In this document: piece after piece, positions 36,201-44,298 of the stretch | Layout: each line of letters starts with the position of its first letter | Numbering within the stretch: the first letter of the stretch is position 1 | NCBI GenBank assembly: GCA_964500505.1 | Contig: CAZCNN010000004.1 | Span: forward strand, 1-58,266 | Direction of reading: 5' to 3' | Origin: an uncultured Bdellovibrionales bacterium | Lineage (GTDB): Bacteria; Patescibacteriota; Minisyncoccia; Moranbacterales; UBA1568 | DNA: 58,266 nt | The notes under the pieces: generated by a model | The model's input: only the letters and a program-made list of their open reading frames with translations | What the model was told of the DNA's origin: nothing | Database searches by the model: none | Program-made: the position numbers and the translations under genes

Positions 36201-37702
36201 CTCTTGGAGTTGGCACTCATACCTTCAATCTTAGTTGTTCAGGCGCACCTGCAGATTCTGTCAAAGTTATTGTCACGAGTGCTGGTGGTGGCGCGCCGAG
36301 TGGCCCTCCTGGGGATAGCGGTGGATTCTTCAATGCTAGTCCCGCAGCCTGTGGAACAGGGACAATCAACCTTTCATGGAACAGCGTCTCAGGTGCAACG
36401 AGTTATCAGCTCCGTGATGGGAGCACTCAGATATATAGTGGTGCCAGTACCTCCTACAGTCATACCGGACTCACTGCTGGTTCAGCCCATAGCTATACAG
36501 TTCGAGCCACCAACTCGAACGGATCATCAGGATGGTCATCGGTCCGCAACGCCAATGCTCCGAATGCATGTCCTCCTGGAGGATTCTCGGTCAATCTGAC
36601 TGCTAGTCCGGCCAATATCGTCAGCGGCTCGAGTACCCTCTCATGGACAACGGGCGGTAATCCGACCTGGTGTTGGGCGACTGGCGGTAACGAAGGTACC
36701 TGGAACAATACTTGGCAGTCTGTGTCTGGTGGTTCGCGTGTTGTCACGCCACCCGTGACTACTACCTACACGCTTGAGTGTGGTGACGCTTCGACATCAG
36801 TCTCGGATACGGCCACAGTAACCGTCGGAAGTGGCTTCACTTGTACTGGTTCTATGTCGAACCATGCGACAGTATACAGTGGCGACAGTACGGGTCTCTT
36901 AGTCGATACCCCTTATAGCTATTCAGCGACCAACACTGCACTCAAGTGTCAGTACGCGTGTGATCCGGGGTATACCTGGGATGGATCACAGTGTGCTGGC
37001 CCTTCGGTGACGCTCACGGCAAGTCCATCAACAATTGCCAGTGGCGACTCAAGCACTCTCACCTGGACACCCTCGAGTGGTGTGACATCGTGTTGGGCGA
37101 CCAATGGCACCGCTCCTTGGACCAATAGCTCTCGGAGCGCGAGTGGTGGTACTCAGGTTGTCTCACCGAGTGCGACTACTACCTATTCGATTGAATGTTG
37201 GAACGCAACTGGCGTGTCTACCGGAATCCGAAGTCAAACCATTACGGTAACTGGAGGCGCTCCCGCCGCGGTCAATGTCTGTCCTGGATCTGCCACGCTC
37301 GGTGTAGCGACCACGCAGCAGTTTAGTGCATACTATACCGCCGCGGGGGTCGCCTGGAATGGTTGTGGATCACCCAATGGTACCAATGTGACGAGTTCTG
37401 CTACGTGGTCTAGCTCCAATGCTTCTGTGGCAACGATGAATAATGGCCCCTCGAAGGGTCTCGCGACGGGTGTTGCTGTTGGGAGTGCAACCATGAGTGC
37501 GGTGTACAGCGGTCTTACCGCTAACGCCGGGGTCACTATCAGCTGTACCCCAACCAATACCTGTAACAGTGCTTCTTCACAGACGAGAGCCACAAGCATT
37601 TGTGCGGGAGACACTTTCAACATCAACGACGGTTGTGGTGGGACGCTCACATGCTCCGGTACCCGTGTCTGTGACTACAACTGGAAAGAGGTTGCTCCTT
37701 GA
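33221..37702 (+). CDS. Giant (1,493-aa) surface protein: signal peptide, about 360-aa domain, central TM hairpin, then a Cys/Thr/Ser-rich array of Ig-like modules, Fn3 and Big_2
   Basis: Signal LGIFLISTLFFFGVTVVRA. TM pair at about aa 388-432. Fn3 (SWNSVSGATSYQLRDGS...YTVRATNSNGSSGWS). Repeated modules (SVNLTASPANIVSGSSTLSWTT...TYTLEC and SVTLTASPSTIASGDSSTLTWTP...TYSIEC). Big_2-like C-terminal region (VNVCPGSATLGVATTQQFSAYY...ATWSSSNASVATM). Confidence 0.85.
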   Translation: MSVSRWSLGIFLISTLFFFGVTVVRADEEMVTTPFDGADLSYASLSVVDTRLDSVEGNPNLVLSAKLQNTGSDTRTFRASVEFRGRAESNKDDLARVYGLETYTIPAQGEQNIAFSVERSRALSGAYGTYLVIGDEKGNIVSQTSLGEKRFDATEKVVVERCAFGPSDGDNGVILPAESQHAEIMVSCDVSVKNGSLENATLVNRAIDSRTALPVVLSDKAITLSSVAVPVRYTVPVSVEPGQYQLEVVVVNARGEEVSIPARTSLRVYGNGGKILGLSELKREGTQSVALTVGAAVELADGAEYTLSYALLSGGVACGEPVSVMVQNTNLKEAVLQVTKNCDAPVLSATLLSDGSTVLDQAEKSISPVTGMSTSMVKTAFSDGILTRLPWIIVAVLGMFAGYFIWQKERLRRMTPVWALALVSVFFGYSVDRVQAAGTGFTLLCDGAVQTCPFDATVDYGFWTDKDVYTPGETVRITMSIASEDHPVPTNNLCPDVRMRINNGNNSSDLVSSCYSANQFTAGLELNLTQTAPMTTGVFTIGVTVGQNGYTSPAPRTMSGLSVAVAPTPTASLNISPTTADFPTVITYTLSSTNAQSCEVVQISPTTQTFVDKSTNTTGTTIQSQVAVGSYQFQTRCWSGTNGTGNVSSTDTDSLTINTPPAQPTATFTSLPACSIDDGRSGCNTTLYWTSSNVTTVVLTNCADVLLTSTGSGPRSYSPVYVPYNSGCYRLHDGTRTGPILAQGNASATCSGQPWQASTGTCGNVNAICGTADGTLVPGGIFDLSVYPQICQAGDPGSPDSYLSTDTISNDKKTFSTGSSNAFFLGTVWRCAGLGNGYHQYCRLYREPLCGSATGGSYSSPPTDPTSGLKQGLCQVGTPTTVQTNSNTYTWQCDNPGSSPVSCSATRTGGATAQITARVVVASNETSWWKKFISFVTGRDHTAQATGPDANITTNGTAAIDWTSSGTPDCTISSPTGPGPFTGTTGSRNLSGATLGVGTHTFNLSCSGAPADSVKVIVTSAGGGAPSGPPGDSGGFFNASPAACGTGTINLSWNSVSGATSYQLRDGSTQIYSGASTSYSHTGLTAGSAHSYTVRATNSNGSSGWSSVRNANAPNACPPGGFSVNLTASPANIVSGSSTLSWTTGGNPTWCWATGGNEGTWNNTWQSVSGGSRVVTPPVTTTYTLECGDASTSVSDTATVTVGSGFTCTGSMSNHATVYSGDSTGLLVDTPYSYSATNTALKCQYACDPGYTWDGSQCAGPSVTLTASPSTIASGDSSTLTWTPSSGVTSCWATNGTAPWTNSSRSASGGTQVVSPSATTTYSIECWNATGVSTGIRSQTITVTGGAPAAVNVCPGSATLGVATTQQFSAYYTAAGVAWNGCGSPNGTNVTSSATWSSSNASVATMNNGPSKGLATGVAVGSATMSAVYSGLTANAGVTISCTPTNTCNSASSQTRATSICAGDTFNINDGCGGTLTCSGTRVCDYNWKEVAP

Positions 37703-37729
37703 CCAATGAGTCGGATAAGGAGTAACAGT

Positions 37730-37763
37730 AGAGAGGGTTCAGTCTAGGCGCTGAGCCCTCTCT
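37730..37763 (+). terminator. 13-bp hairpin after the giant gene (no T-run)
   Basis: AGAGAGGGTTCAG-8nt-CTGAGCCCTCTCT. Confidence 0.45.
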
Positions 37764-37791
37764 TGCCAAAAGAGGCGTTCTCTGATACTAT
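37763..37791 (+). promoter_or_regulatory. Putative promoter TTGCCA-17-TACTAT
   Basis: TTGCCA at 37763-37768 and TACTAT at 37786-37791. Confidence 0.5.
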
Positions 37792-37797
37792 GTGGAA

Positions 37798-37917
37798 ACA
37801 ACTGAGAAAGTCCGAAGTTGCTCCCGCCTTCATCCTGAGCTCGTCGATGGACTCGCTGAAAGGACCAGGAGTAACCAGCCCGCACGCGGAGGATTTTCTT
37901 TCGTTGTGGGCTTTTTT
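37798..37917 (+). promoter_or_regulatory. About 120-nt structured leader ending in an intrinsic terminator 35 nt before rpsF (attenuator or S6:S18 autoregulatory leader candidate, or a separate sRNA)
   Basis: AGCCCGCA-20nt-TGTGGGCT followed by T6 (37877-37917). Upstream stems include CAACT/AGTTG and TCCTG/CAGGA. The ORF at 37792-38088 is not credible. Confidence 0.45.
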
Positions 37918-37951
37918 GTAAGTTTTATCGCTAATTTTAACTGTTGCCAGT

Positions 37952-38458
37952 ATGATCGAATACGAACTGTTTTACGTGGTAGGGGAGTCGAAGGATGCCG
38001 AGCTCGCTCGTATCCGAGAAGATGTAGCCAAGTTGGTGGTGTCGTTTGGTGGGACCTTTCTCCCGGCCGAGACCGAGGAAAAGCGTAAACTCGCCTATCC
38101 GGTGAAGAAAGAAACCCGTGGCACCTATATCGCCCGGCGTTTTACGCTTCCCGACAAGGACGAGCGCGATGAGATTGGCGTGAACCCAGAAGTACACCCG
38201 CTCGTCGAGATCAACCGTGCCCTCCAGCTCTCGAAGGATGTGCTCCGCTTTCTCCTCTTGAAGGCTGATACGCTCCCAGAACTGAAGGCCATCCCACGTG
38301 AGGAGCGCCCGAAGACCGAGAGTCGTGGTAACCGCTACGAAAAGCGCGGTGCGGTCCGTCCGATGCCAGCTCCGATCGCCCAGCCAGAAGAAGCGGCCAA
38401 GAAAGCCGTGAGCAGTGAGCAGATTGACGAGCAGTTGAAGGCCAAGTTGGATATCTAA
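37952..38458 (+). CDS. rpsF: 30S ribosomal protein S6 with an about 70-aa charged C-terminal extension
   Basis: YELFYVV...EDVAKLV...GG.F....TEEKRKLAYPVKKETRGTYI, in the gene order rpsF-ssb-rpsR. Confidence 0.9.
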   Translation: MIEYELFYVVGESKDAELARIREDVAKLVVSFGGTFLPAETEEKRKLAYPVKKETRGTYIARRFTLPDKDERDEIGVNPEVHPLVEINRALQLSKDVLRFLLLKADTLPELKAIPREERPKTESRGNRYEKRGAVRPMPAPIAQPEEAAKKAVSSEQIDEQLKAKLDI

Positions 38459-38490
38459 CAAAATCTTTAATAAGTCATAACAAGAGGCTT

Positions 38491-38985
38491 ATGAACGTTA
38501 ATAAAGTGATTTTGGTCGGTCGGTTGACTCGTGATCCGGACATGCGGACGACGACGAGTGGTCAGCAGGTAGTGACTCTCTCGATGGCCACCAATAACTT
38601 TTGGACCGACAAGAGTGGTACCCGCCAGGAACGGACTGAGTTTCATACCGTAATCCTCTGGGGACGACTCGCGGAAATCGCCGGTCAGTACCTCACCAAG
38701 GGTCAGGAATGTTATGTCGAGGGTCGGCTCCAGACACGTGAATATACCGCCAAAGACAATACCGAGCGCCGGGTGACCGAAGTGGTCGGCGAAACTATGC
38801 AGCTCGGCAGTCGAGCTCAGGGGAGTAGTGGAGGTCAGACGCAGGGGAAGAGTATGGCGAGGAGCGCCACTCCTGCCGCAGTCGCTGCACCGGCCGCCAA
38901 GAGCGCCCCGGTAGAAGAAGAAATCCCGACCATCAACCTTGATGATGAGCGTGATGAGATTAAGATCGAGGATGTCCCGTTTTAA
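38491..38985 (+). CDS. ssb: Single-stranded DNA-binding protein
   Basis: MNVNKVILVGRLTRDPDMRTT..G..V..LSMATN, TEFHTVILWGRLAE, and the acidic tail DEIKIEDVPF. Confidence 0.95.
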   Translation: MNVNKVILVGRLTRDPDMRTTTSGQQVVTLSMATNNFWTDKSGTRQERTEFHTVILWGRLAEIAGQYLTKGQECYVEGRLQTREYTAKDNTERRVTEVVGETMQLGSRAQGSSGGQTQGKSMARSATPAAVAAPAAKSAPVEEEIPTINLDDERDEIKIEDVPF

Positions 38986-39079
38986 GATGAAGCATGACGC
39001 AGGATGTATGAATCAAGATGTGACGGGAAGTGGGTCCTCCATGATTCATGCCTTATAATTCATTATTCAAGAGAAATTT

Positions 39080-39274
39080 ATGGAAGCAGCCATGAGCAAG
39101 AAGCTCGCCAACCTCGACTACAAAGACGCCTATTTCCTGCGTAAGTTTTTGAACTCGCAGGGCAAGATGTATCCGCCAAAGCGCTATGGTCTCTCCGCCA
39201 AGGAGCAGCGTGCCCTCGCGCTGGCGGTGAAGCGCGCCCGTTATATGGCCCTCGTCCCATACCTTGTCCGCTAG
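39080..39274 (+). CDS. rpsR: 30S ribosomal protein S18
   Basis: LDYKDAYFLRKFLNSQGKMYPPKRYGLSAKEQRALALAVKRARYMALVPY. Confidence 0.93.
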   Translation: MEAAMSKKLANLDYKDAYFLRKFLNSQGKMYPPKRYGLSAKEQRALALAVKRARYMALVPYLVR

Positions 39275-39275
39275 T

Positions 39276-39833
39276 ATGATCGGCCTGACTGATATCAAAA
39301 CCGGGAGAACGATCATCCACAATGGTGAGCCGTATCTCGTGCTCGAATACCTCCACTCCATGATTGGACGAGGCGGTGCGGTGATGCGCACCAAACTGAA
39401 GAATCTCCTCTCAGGTGTTATCATCGACTACACCTTTACCGGTGCCGAAAAGGTAGAGGAGGCCGAGATGTCCAAGTCGCATGCTCAGTATCTCTATCGT
39501 GAGGGGGCAGAGTACCAATTTATGGACAATGCTACCTACGATCAGTTTTTCCTTTCCGAAGACGTGCTCGGCTCAATGACCAAGTATCTGGTAGAGGGGA
39601 CCGAAGTGAGTATCCTCAATTGGAACGGTCGACCGATCAACATCGAAATTCCCGTCAAAGTGACGCTCACCGTGACCGATGCCCCTCCGGGACTGAAGGG
39701 TGATACGGCTTCGGGCGGTGACAAGGTAGTGACCCTTGAGACAGGCCTCCAGGTCACAACCCCACTCTTTGTGAAGACGGGTGATCGTATCATTGTGAAC
39801 ACCGAAAAAGGCACCTACGTCTCTCGGGCATAA
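39276..39833 (+). CDS. efp: Elongation factor P (Arg at the loop-tip modification position)
   Basis: GEPYLVLEY.H...GRGGAVMRTKLKNLLSG and DAPPGLKGDTASGGDKVVTLETGLQVTTPLFV. ATG 39276 lies 1 nt after the rpsR stop. Confidence 0.95.
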   Translation: MIGLTDIKTGRTIIHNGEPYLVLEYLHSMIGRGGAVMRTKLKNLLSGVIIDYTFTGAEKVEEAEMSKSHAQYLYREGAEYQFMDNATYDQFFLSEDVLGSMTKYLVEGTEVSILNWNGRPINIEIPVKVTLTVTDAPPGLKGDTASGGDKVVTLETGLQVTTPLFVKTGDRIIVNTEKGTYVSRA

Positions 39834-39858
39834 ACACTGAAACCTTGAACAGGCTCTT

Positions 39859-39884
39859 ACCCCGCTTCGGCGGGGTTGTTTTTT
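39859..39884 (+). terminator. efp terminator
   Basis: ACCCCGC-TTCG-GCGGGGT followed by TGTTTTTT. Confidence 0.85.
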
Positions 39885-39961
39885 GGCTCAAACAAGCACC
39901 CATGTCTCAATAATGGGGGATTGCCCTTTTGGGTGAAAAACGCTAGAATGGAGAGAGAAAT

Positions 39962-40396
39962 ATGAGGGCCTTTTGGTTCGTCATGTTTCAGTTGTTACCA
40001 GGATTACTTATGTCGCTTTCTGTCTATCTCTGGGGAGTCCGTCTCATTACGCTCCTTTCTTTCTCGGCTTGGATAGGCATTGTTGTGGCAGTGGATCCAC
40101 AGAAGGCTGGGACTATCGGGATGATACTCTTTTTCTCGAGTCTTTTTGCCAGCATGCTTGGAGTCTTCACACTTCTCCTCACCTCCGTCTATCGGCGAGC
40201 GCTCGGAGAGGTGAGTGCTCTGCATCATCTCGGGAGTGCCTTTCGTCAGGCCTTTCTCCTCGCACTTTTCTCTATCGGTATCGTATTTTTTCAGAAGGAA
40301 CGCATCCTCACCTGGTGGGACAGTGCCCTCCTCTTCGCGGCGATACTCCTTATAGAGTATTCATTTCGTAAAATAGTTTCAGAGACAAAAGATTAA
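39962..40396 (+). CDS. Hypothetical four-TM membrane protein
   Basis: 144 aa with four hydrophobic helices. TAGAAT -10-like box upstream. Confidence 0.6.
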   Translation: MRAFWFVMFQLLPGLLMSLSVYLWGVRLITLLSFSAWIGIVVAVDPQKAGTIGMILFFSSLFASMLGVFTLLLTSVYRRALGEVSALHHLGSAFRQAFLLALFSIGIVFFQKERILTWWDSALLFAAILLIEYSFRKIVSETKD

Positions 40397-40421
40397 ATCG
40401 AACATTCTGCACGCAACGACT

Positions 40422-42473
40422 ATGGCCAAAAAGACAGACGGAGCATCATACGATGCTAGTTCCATCCAGGTACTCGAAGGACTCGACCCAGTTCGCAAGC
40501 GCCCGGGCATGTATATCGGTGGCACGTCGCTTGAAGGACTCCACCATCTTATCTGGGAAGTGGTCAACAACTCGATTGATGAGGCTATGGCGGGGCACTG
40601 TAACGAGATCAGTGTCCGTCTCCTCCCGGACAACTGGGTGGAGGTGATAGACAACGGTCGCGGTATCCCAGTCGATATCCACCCTCAGACTAAGAAATCA
40701 ACGCTTGAGACGGTCATGACCGTCCTCCATGCCGGAGGGAAGTTCGGTGGAGAAGGGAGTGGTTACAAGATTTCCGGGGGGCTCCATGGTGTCGGTGTCT
40801 CGGTCGTGAATGCACTGTCTATCCATACCAAGGTGACCGTCGAGCGTCAGGGCAAGACCTGGTTCCATAGTTACAAGCGGGGCAAGCCGGAAGGGTCGGT
40901 AAAAGCGATCGGCAAGTCTGACCGGAACGGGACCACGGTGGCGTTTCAGGCCGATCCGGAAATTTTCCCAGAGATCAAATATTCGTGGACCAAGATTCTG
41001 GAGTATCTCCGCTATCAGGCTTTTCTCACCAAGGGGGTGCGTGTGAAGGTTGAGGACTGGCGCGAGGTTGCTACGGAGGCTGAAGCCTACAAGGTGAAGC
41101 GCCATGGATTCTTCTTTGATTCCGGCATCATCTCGTTTGTGAAGTTTTTGAACCGCAAGCGCGAGGTGAAGAACACCACGCCGTTTTATGTGGAGAAGAA
41201 CGTCGATAACATCAATGTCGAGGTGTCACTCCAGTTCACGGACGGTTTCAAGGAGCACCTCTTTTCTTTTGCCAATAACATCTTGAACCCAGGCGGAGGA
41301 ACGCATGTGACCGGCCTCAAGATGGCCCTTACGCGCGTCCTCAATGACTACGCCAAGAAAAACAACCTCATCAAAGAGAAAGAGGGTTCGATGACCTCGG
41401 AGGACTTGGCCGAAGGGTTGACGGCGGTAGTGTCGGTCAAGCTCGCTAATCCTCAGTTTGAAGGACAGACCAAGGACAAACTCAACAATATTGAGGTACG
41501 TGGTGCCGTCTCTTCTGTAGTATCGGAAGCGCTCGTGGAGTTCTTGGATACGCATCCGGCAGATGCGCGGGCCATGATCGAGAAGTGTCTCCTCACCGTG
41601 CGGGCTCGTATCGCGGCTCGGGCGGCCAAGGATGCGGTCCTCCGGAAGGGGGCCCTTGAGGGGATGACGCTCCCGGGCAAACTCGCTGACTGTACCAGTC
41701 GTGATGCCAGTCGTTCTGAGATGTACATCGTCGAGGGAGATTCGGCCGGTGGTAGCGCCAAGCAAGGACGCAATCGGATGTTTCAGGCTATCCTCCCACT
41801 CCGTGGTAAGCTCGTGAACGTGGAAAAGACCAGTCTCGACAAGGTGGTGAAGTCTGATACTCTGAAGCCAATCATCATCGCGCTCGGTGTGGGTATCGGA
41901 GAGACCCTCGATATCGCCAAGCTCCGCTATCACAAGATTATTATCATGGCCGACGCCGACGTCGATGGTTCGCACATCCGGACACTCCTCCTTACCTTCT
42001 TCTACCGTTACTACGAAGAGCTCGTCCGTGGTGGCAATATCTATATCGCCCAGCCACCACTCTACAGACTCGCCAAAGGCAAGGATGTCCGTTATGTCTA
42101 CACCGATGCTGAGAAGGAGCGGGTGCTCACTGATATGAGGAAGATTGCTGATGCCAAGGCAACGGCCAAAAAGGCCAAAAAAGCACAGGAGGCCAAGGAT
42201 GCTGGCGAAGAGCCAGTAGCCGAAGATGCACCCGAAGGATCAGAGACGGTAGGAGGTGTCGCCATCCAGCGCTACAAGGGTCTCGGAGAAATGAACCCAG
42301 AGCAGCTCTGGGAGACTACCATGAACCCAGACAACCGCTGTATGCTCCAGGTCACCATCGAGGATGCGGAGGCTGCCGATGAACTCTTTGATATCCTGAT
42401 GGGCAACGAAGTGGAGCCTCGTCGTCGCTTCATCCAGACTCACGCGAAAACCGTTAAGAATCTCGACATCTAA
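40422..42473 (+). CDS. gyrB: DNA gyrase subunit B
   Basis: YDASSIQVLEGLDPVRKRPGMYIGGT, GLHHLIWEVVNNSIDEA, GGLHGVGVSVVNALS, Toprim region EMYIVEGDSAGGSAKQGR and IMADADVDGSHIRTLLLTFF. Confidence 0.98.
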   Translation: MAKKTDGASYDASSIQVLEGLDPVRKRPGMYIGGTSLEGLHHLIWEVVNNSIDEAMAGHCNEISVRLLPDNWVEVIDNGRGIPVDIHPQTKKSTLETVMTVLHAGGKFGGEGSGYKISGGLHGVGVSVVNALSIHTKVTVERQGKTWFHSYKRGKPEGSVKAIGKSDRNGTTVAFQADPEIFPEIKYSWTKILEYLRYQAFLTKGVRVKVEDWREVATEAEAYKVKRHGFFFDSGIISFVKFLNRKREVKNTTPFYVEKNVDNINVEVSLQFTDGFKEHLFSFANNILNPGGGTHVTGLKMALTRVLNDYAKKNNLIKEKEGSMTSEDLAEGLTAVVSVKLANPQFEGQTKDKLNNIEVRGAVSSVVSEALVEFLDTHPADARAMIEKCLLTVRARIAARAAKDAVLRKGALEGMTLPGKLADCTSRDASRSEMYIVEGDSAGGSAKQGRNRMFQAILPLRGKLVNVEKTSLDKVVKSDTLKPIIIALGVGIGETLDIAKLRYHKIIIMADADVDGSHIRTLLLTFFYRYYEELVRGGNIYIAQPPLYRLAKGKDVRYVYTDAEKERVLTDMRKIADAKATAKKAKKAQEAKDAGEEPVAEDAPEGSETVGGVAIQRYKGLGEMNPEQLWETTMNPDNRCMLQVTIEDAEAADELFDILMGNEVEPRRRFIQTHAKTVKNLDI

Positions 42474-42535
42474 CAAAAAAGAACTGGGGTTGACCAGAGA
42501 GGCGGTTTCTGGTAGACTGGTTTTACTCAAAATAC

Positions 42536-42859
42536 ATGAAACTGCCTCTTGAAAACATCCAGTCGCTCATCCGCTGTCCGGTGTGCAACAAGAAATACCG
42601 GTCAACCAAGATGCTTGTCATCGACGAAGACGACAAGCGCACGACGCTCCACATGAGTTGTGAGGGGTGTGGTGCCTCGACGATTGTCTTTGTATCTATG
42701 GGGCAATTTGGGGTGGTGACGCTCGGTACCCTCACTGATCTCGAACAGAGTGAAGCGAGGCGGGTGTTTCAGGGCGAGGCGGTGACGGCTGACAATGTAA
42801 TTGAGGCGCATCAGTTTCTCAAGCACTACGAGGGTGGAGTAGAGGCCTTTATACAGTAA
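42536..42859 (+). CDS. Hypothetical zinc-ribbon protein
   Basis: CPVCNKKY...SCEGCG four-Cys motif. TTGACC-17-TAGACT lies upstream. Confidence 0.6.
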   Translation: MKLPLENIQSLIRCPVCNKKYRSTKMLVIDEDDKRTTLHMSCEGCGASTIVFVSMGQFGVVTLGTLTDLEQSEARRVFQGEAVTADNVIEAHQFLKHYEGGVEAFIQ

Positions 42860-42885
42860 CCTAAGAGATTTTTAAGACTTCATGT

Positions 42886-43572
42886 ATGGCAGATATCAAA
42901 CTGACAGCAGCGGTGCGTGAAAAGACCAGTGGTGACTCGCTCATTCGCGCACGCAAGGGTGGCAAGATTCCTGCTATCATGTACGGTCACAAGGGAGCAC
43001 CACAGATGCTCTGGGTAGACGTCCTCACGTTCGGCAAGGTGTTTGCTGTCGCTGGTGAATCGAGCATCATCTCGCTTGAGATTGGTGAAGGCAAGAAGTC
43101 GAATGTCATTGTCCAGGACCTCGCCTACGATGCCATGACCAACCGTATTTCTCACATTGATTTCTTTGAAGTGAGCATGGACGAAGAGCTCGAAGCTCGC
43201 ATCCCGCTTGAATTTGTGAACGAATCCCCGGCCGTCCGTGAACAGGGTGGTGTCCTCGTGAAGACTCTCGAAGAAGTGACTGTGAGCTGTCTCCCGAAGG
43301 ATCTCCCACACACGATTGCTATCGACCTCACGACCCTCGTGGATTTCTCGGTCCACATCCAGGTGAAGGATCTCGTCCTCCCCAAGGGCGTCAAGGTACT
43401 TACTGATGAGCTCACTACGATTGTCCTCGTAGAGGCTCCTCGTACGGAGGCAGAGATGGCTTCGCTCGACGAAAAGGTTGAGGCTGACGTGACCAAGGTA
43501 GAGGGTGTAGTCAAGGAAGCTGATCCGAACGTCCCAGCCGTCGCCGAACCGAAAAAGGACGATAAGAAGTAA
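42886..43572 (+). CDS. rplY: 50S ribosomal protein L25 / general stress protein Ctc
   Basis: R.KGGKIPAIMYGHK, IVQDLAYDAMTNRISHIDF, full-length Ctc form with an acidic/Lys-rich tail. Confidence 0.9.
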   Translation: MADIKLTAAVREKTSGDSLIRARKGGKIPAIMYGHKGAPQMLWVDVLTFGKVFAVAGESSIISLEIGEGKKSNVIVQDLAYDAMTNRISHIDFFEVSMDEELEARIPLEFVNESPAVREQGGVLVKTLEEVTVSCLPKDLPHTIAIDLTTLVDFSVHIQVKDLVLPKGVKVLTDELTTIVLVEAPRTEAEMASLDEKVEADVTKVEGVVKEADPNVPAVAEPKKDDKK

Positions 43573-43594
43573 TTTTCGCTTGGAAATACTCAAA

Positions 43595-43627
43595 CAAAAA
43601 AGACCTCACGCAGAGGTCTTTTTTGTT
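43595..43627. terminator. Bidirectional terminator between rplY and pth
   Basis: AAAAAGACCTC-ACGCA-GAGGTCTTTTTT. Confidence 0.85.
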
Positions 43628-43639
43628 TCTGGTTTTATT

Positions 43640-44218
43640 CTACGAGAGCCACTTTTCGAGTTCGTCTTTTACGGTGGGGAAGAGGGCCGAGAGGATGGCG
43701 AGCTCTGCTTCCTTGAAGTTCTGGAGCACATAATCATGAGACGATATGCATGAGGTTTTGGTGGGCGTGCCCGTCTCACTGCCCGCGTGAAGCGGGCTGT
43801 GGTCGGGGCGGCCGATACCGAGGCGGATCCTGGTAAAGTCTTGGGTGCCAAGCTTTTCGATGATATCAGAGACACCGTTGTGACCAGCGGCACGGGAAGA
43901 ATTGGTCAGTTTGTAGGTGCCAGGAGCGATATCGAGATCGTCATGGATGACGACGATGTCGGTGGGTTCGAGTTTGTAGAAATGGACAAGCTGGCTCACG
44001 GTCGTACCAGAGGCATTCATAAAGGTCTCGGGTTTGACGAGGAGGACTTTTTCTCGACCAACAAGACCGCTACTCACGAGACCGGACATTTTTTTGTCGA
44101 GTTCAAAGGGACTCATGCCCCATACTTTCGCGAGATAGTCCAAGCACAAAAAACCGGCATTGTGCCGGGTGAGGGCATGATTGTTACCAGGATTGCCGAG
44201 ACCGATGATGAGTTTCAT
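43640..44218 (-). CDS. pth: Peptidyl-tRNA hydrolase
   Basis: MKLIIGLGNPG...TRHNAGF, VIHDDLDI.PG..K, GHNG..S. Confidence 0.95.
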   Translation of the reverse strand: MKLIIGLGNPGNNHALTRHNAGFLCLDYLAKVWGMSPFELDKKMSGLVSSGLVGREKVLLVKPETFMNASGTTVSQLVHFYKLEPTDIVVIHDDLDIAPGTYKLTNSSRAAGHNGVSDIIEKLGTQDFTRIRLGIGRPDHSPLHAGSETGTPTKTSCISSHDYVLQNFKEAELAILSALFPTVKDELEKWLS

Positions 44219-44298
44219 GTTTGAAGATGAAATATGAGTTATGAAGTATGACGTACGAGAATACTTGTTTCTTTGCCATGCTTCCTGCTTCAGTATTC

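Noticed and set aside
37792-38088. 98-aa ORF overlapping the rpsF leader and the rpsF start
   Set aside because: It is out of frame with the clear S6 coding sequence and reads through an intrinsic terminator.
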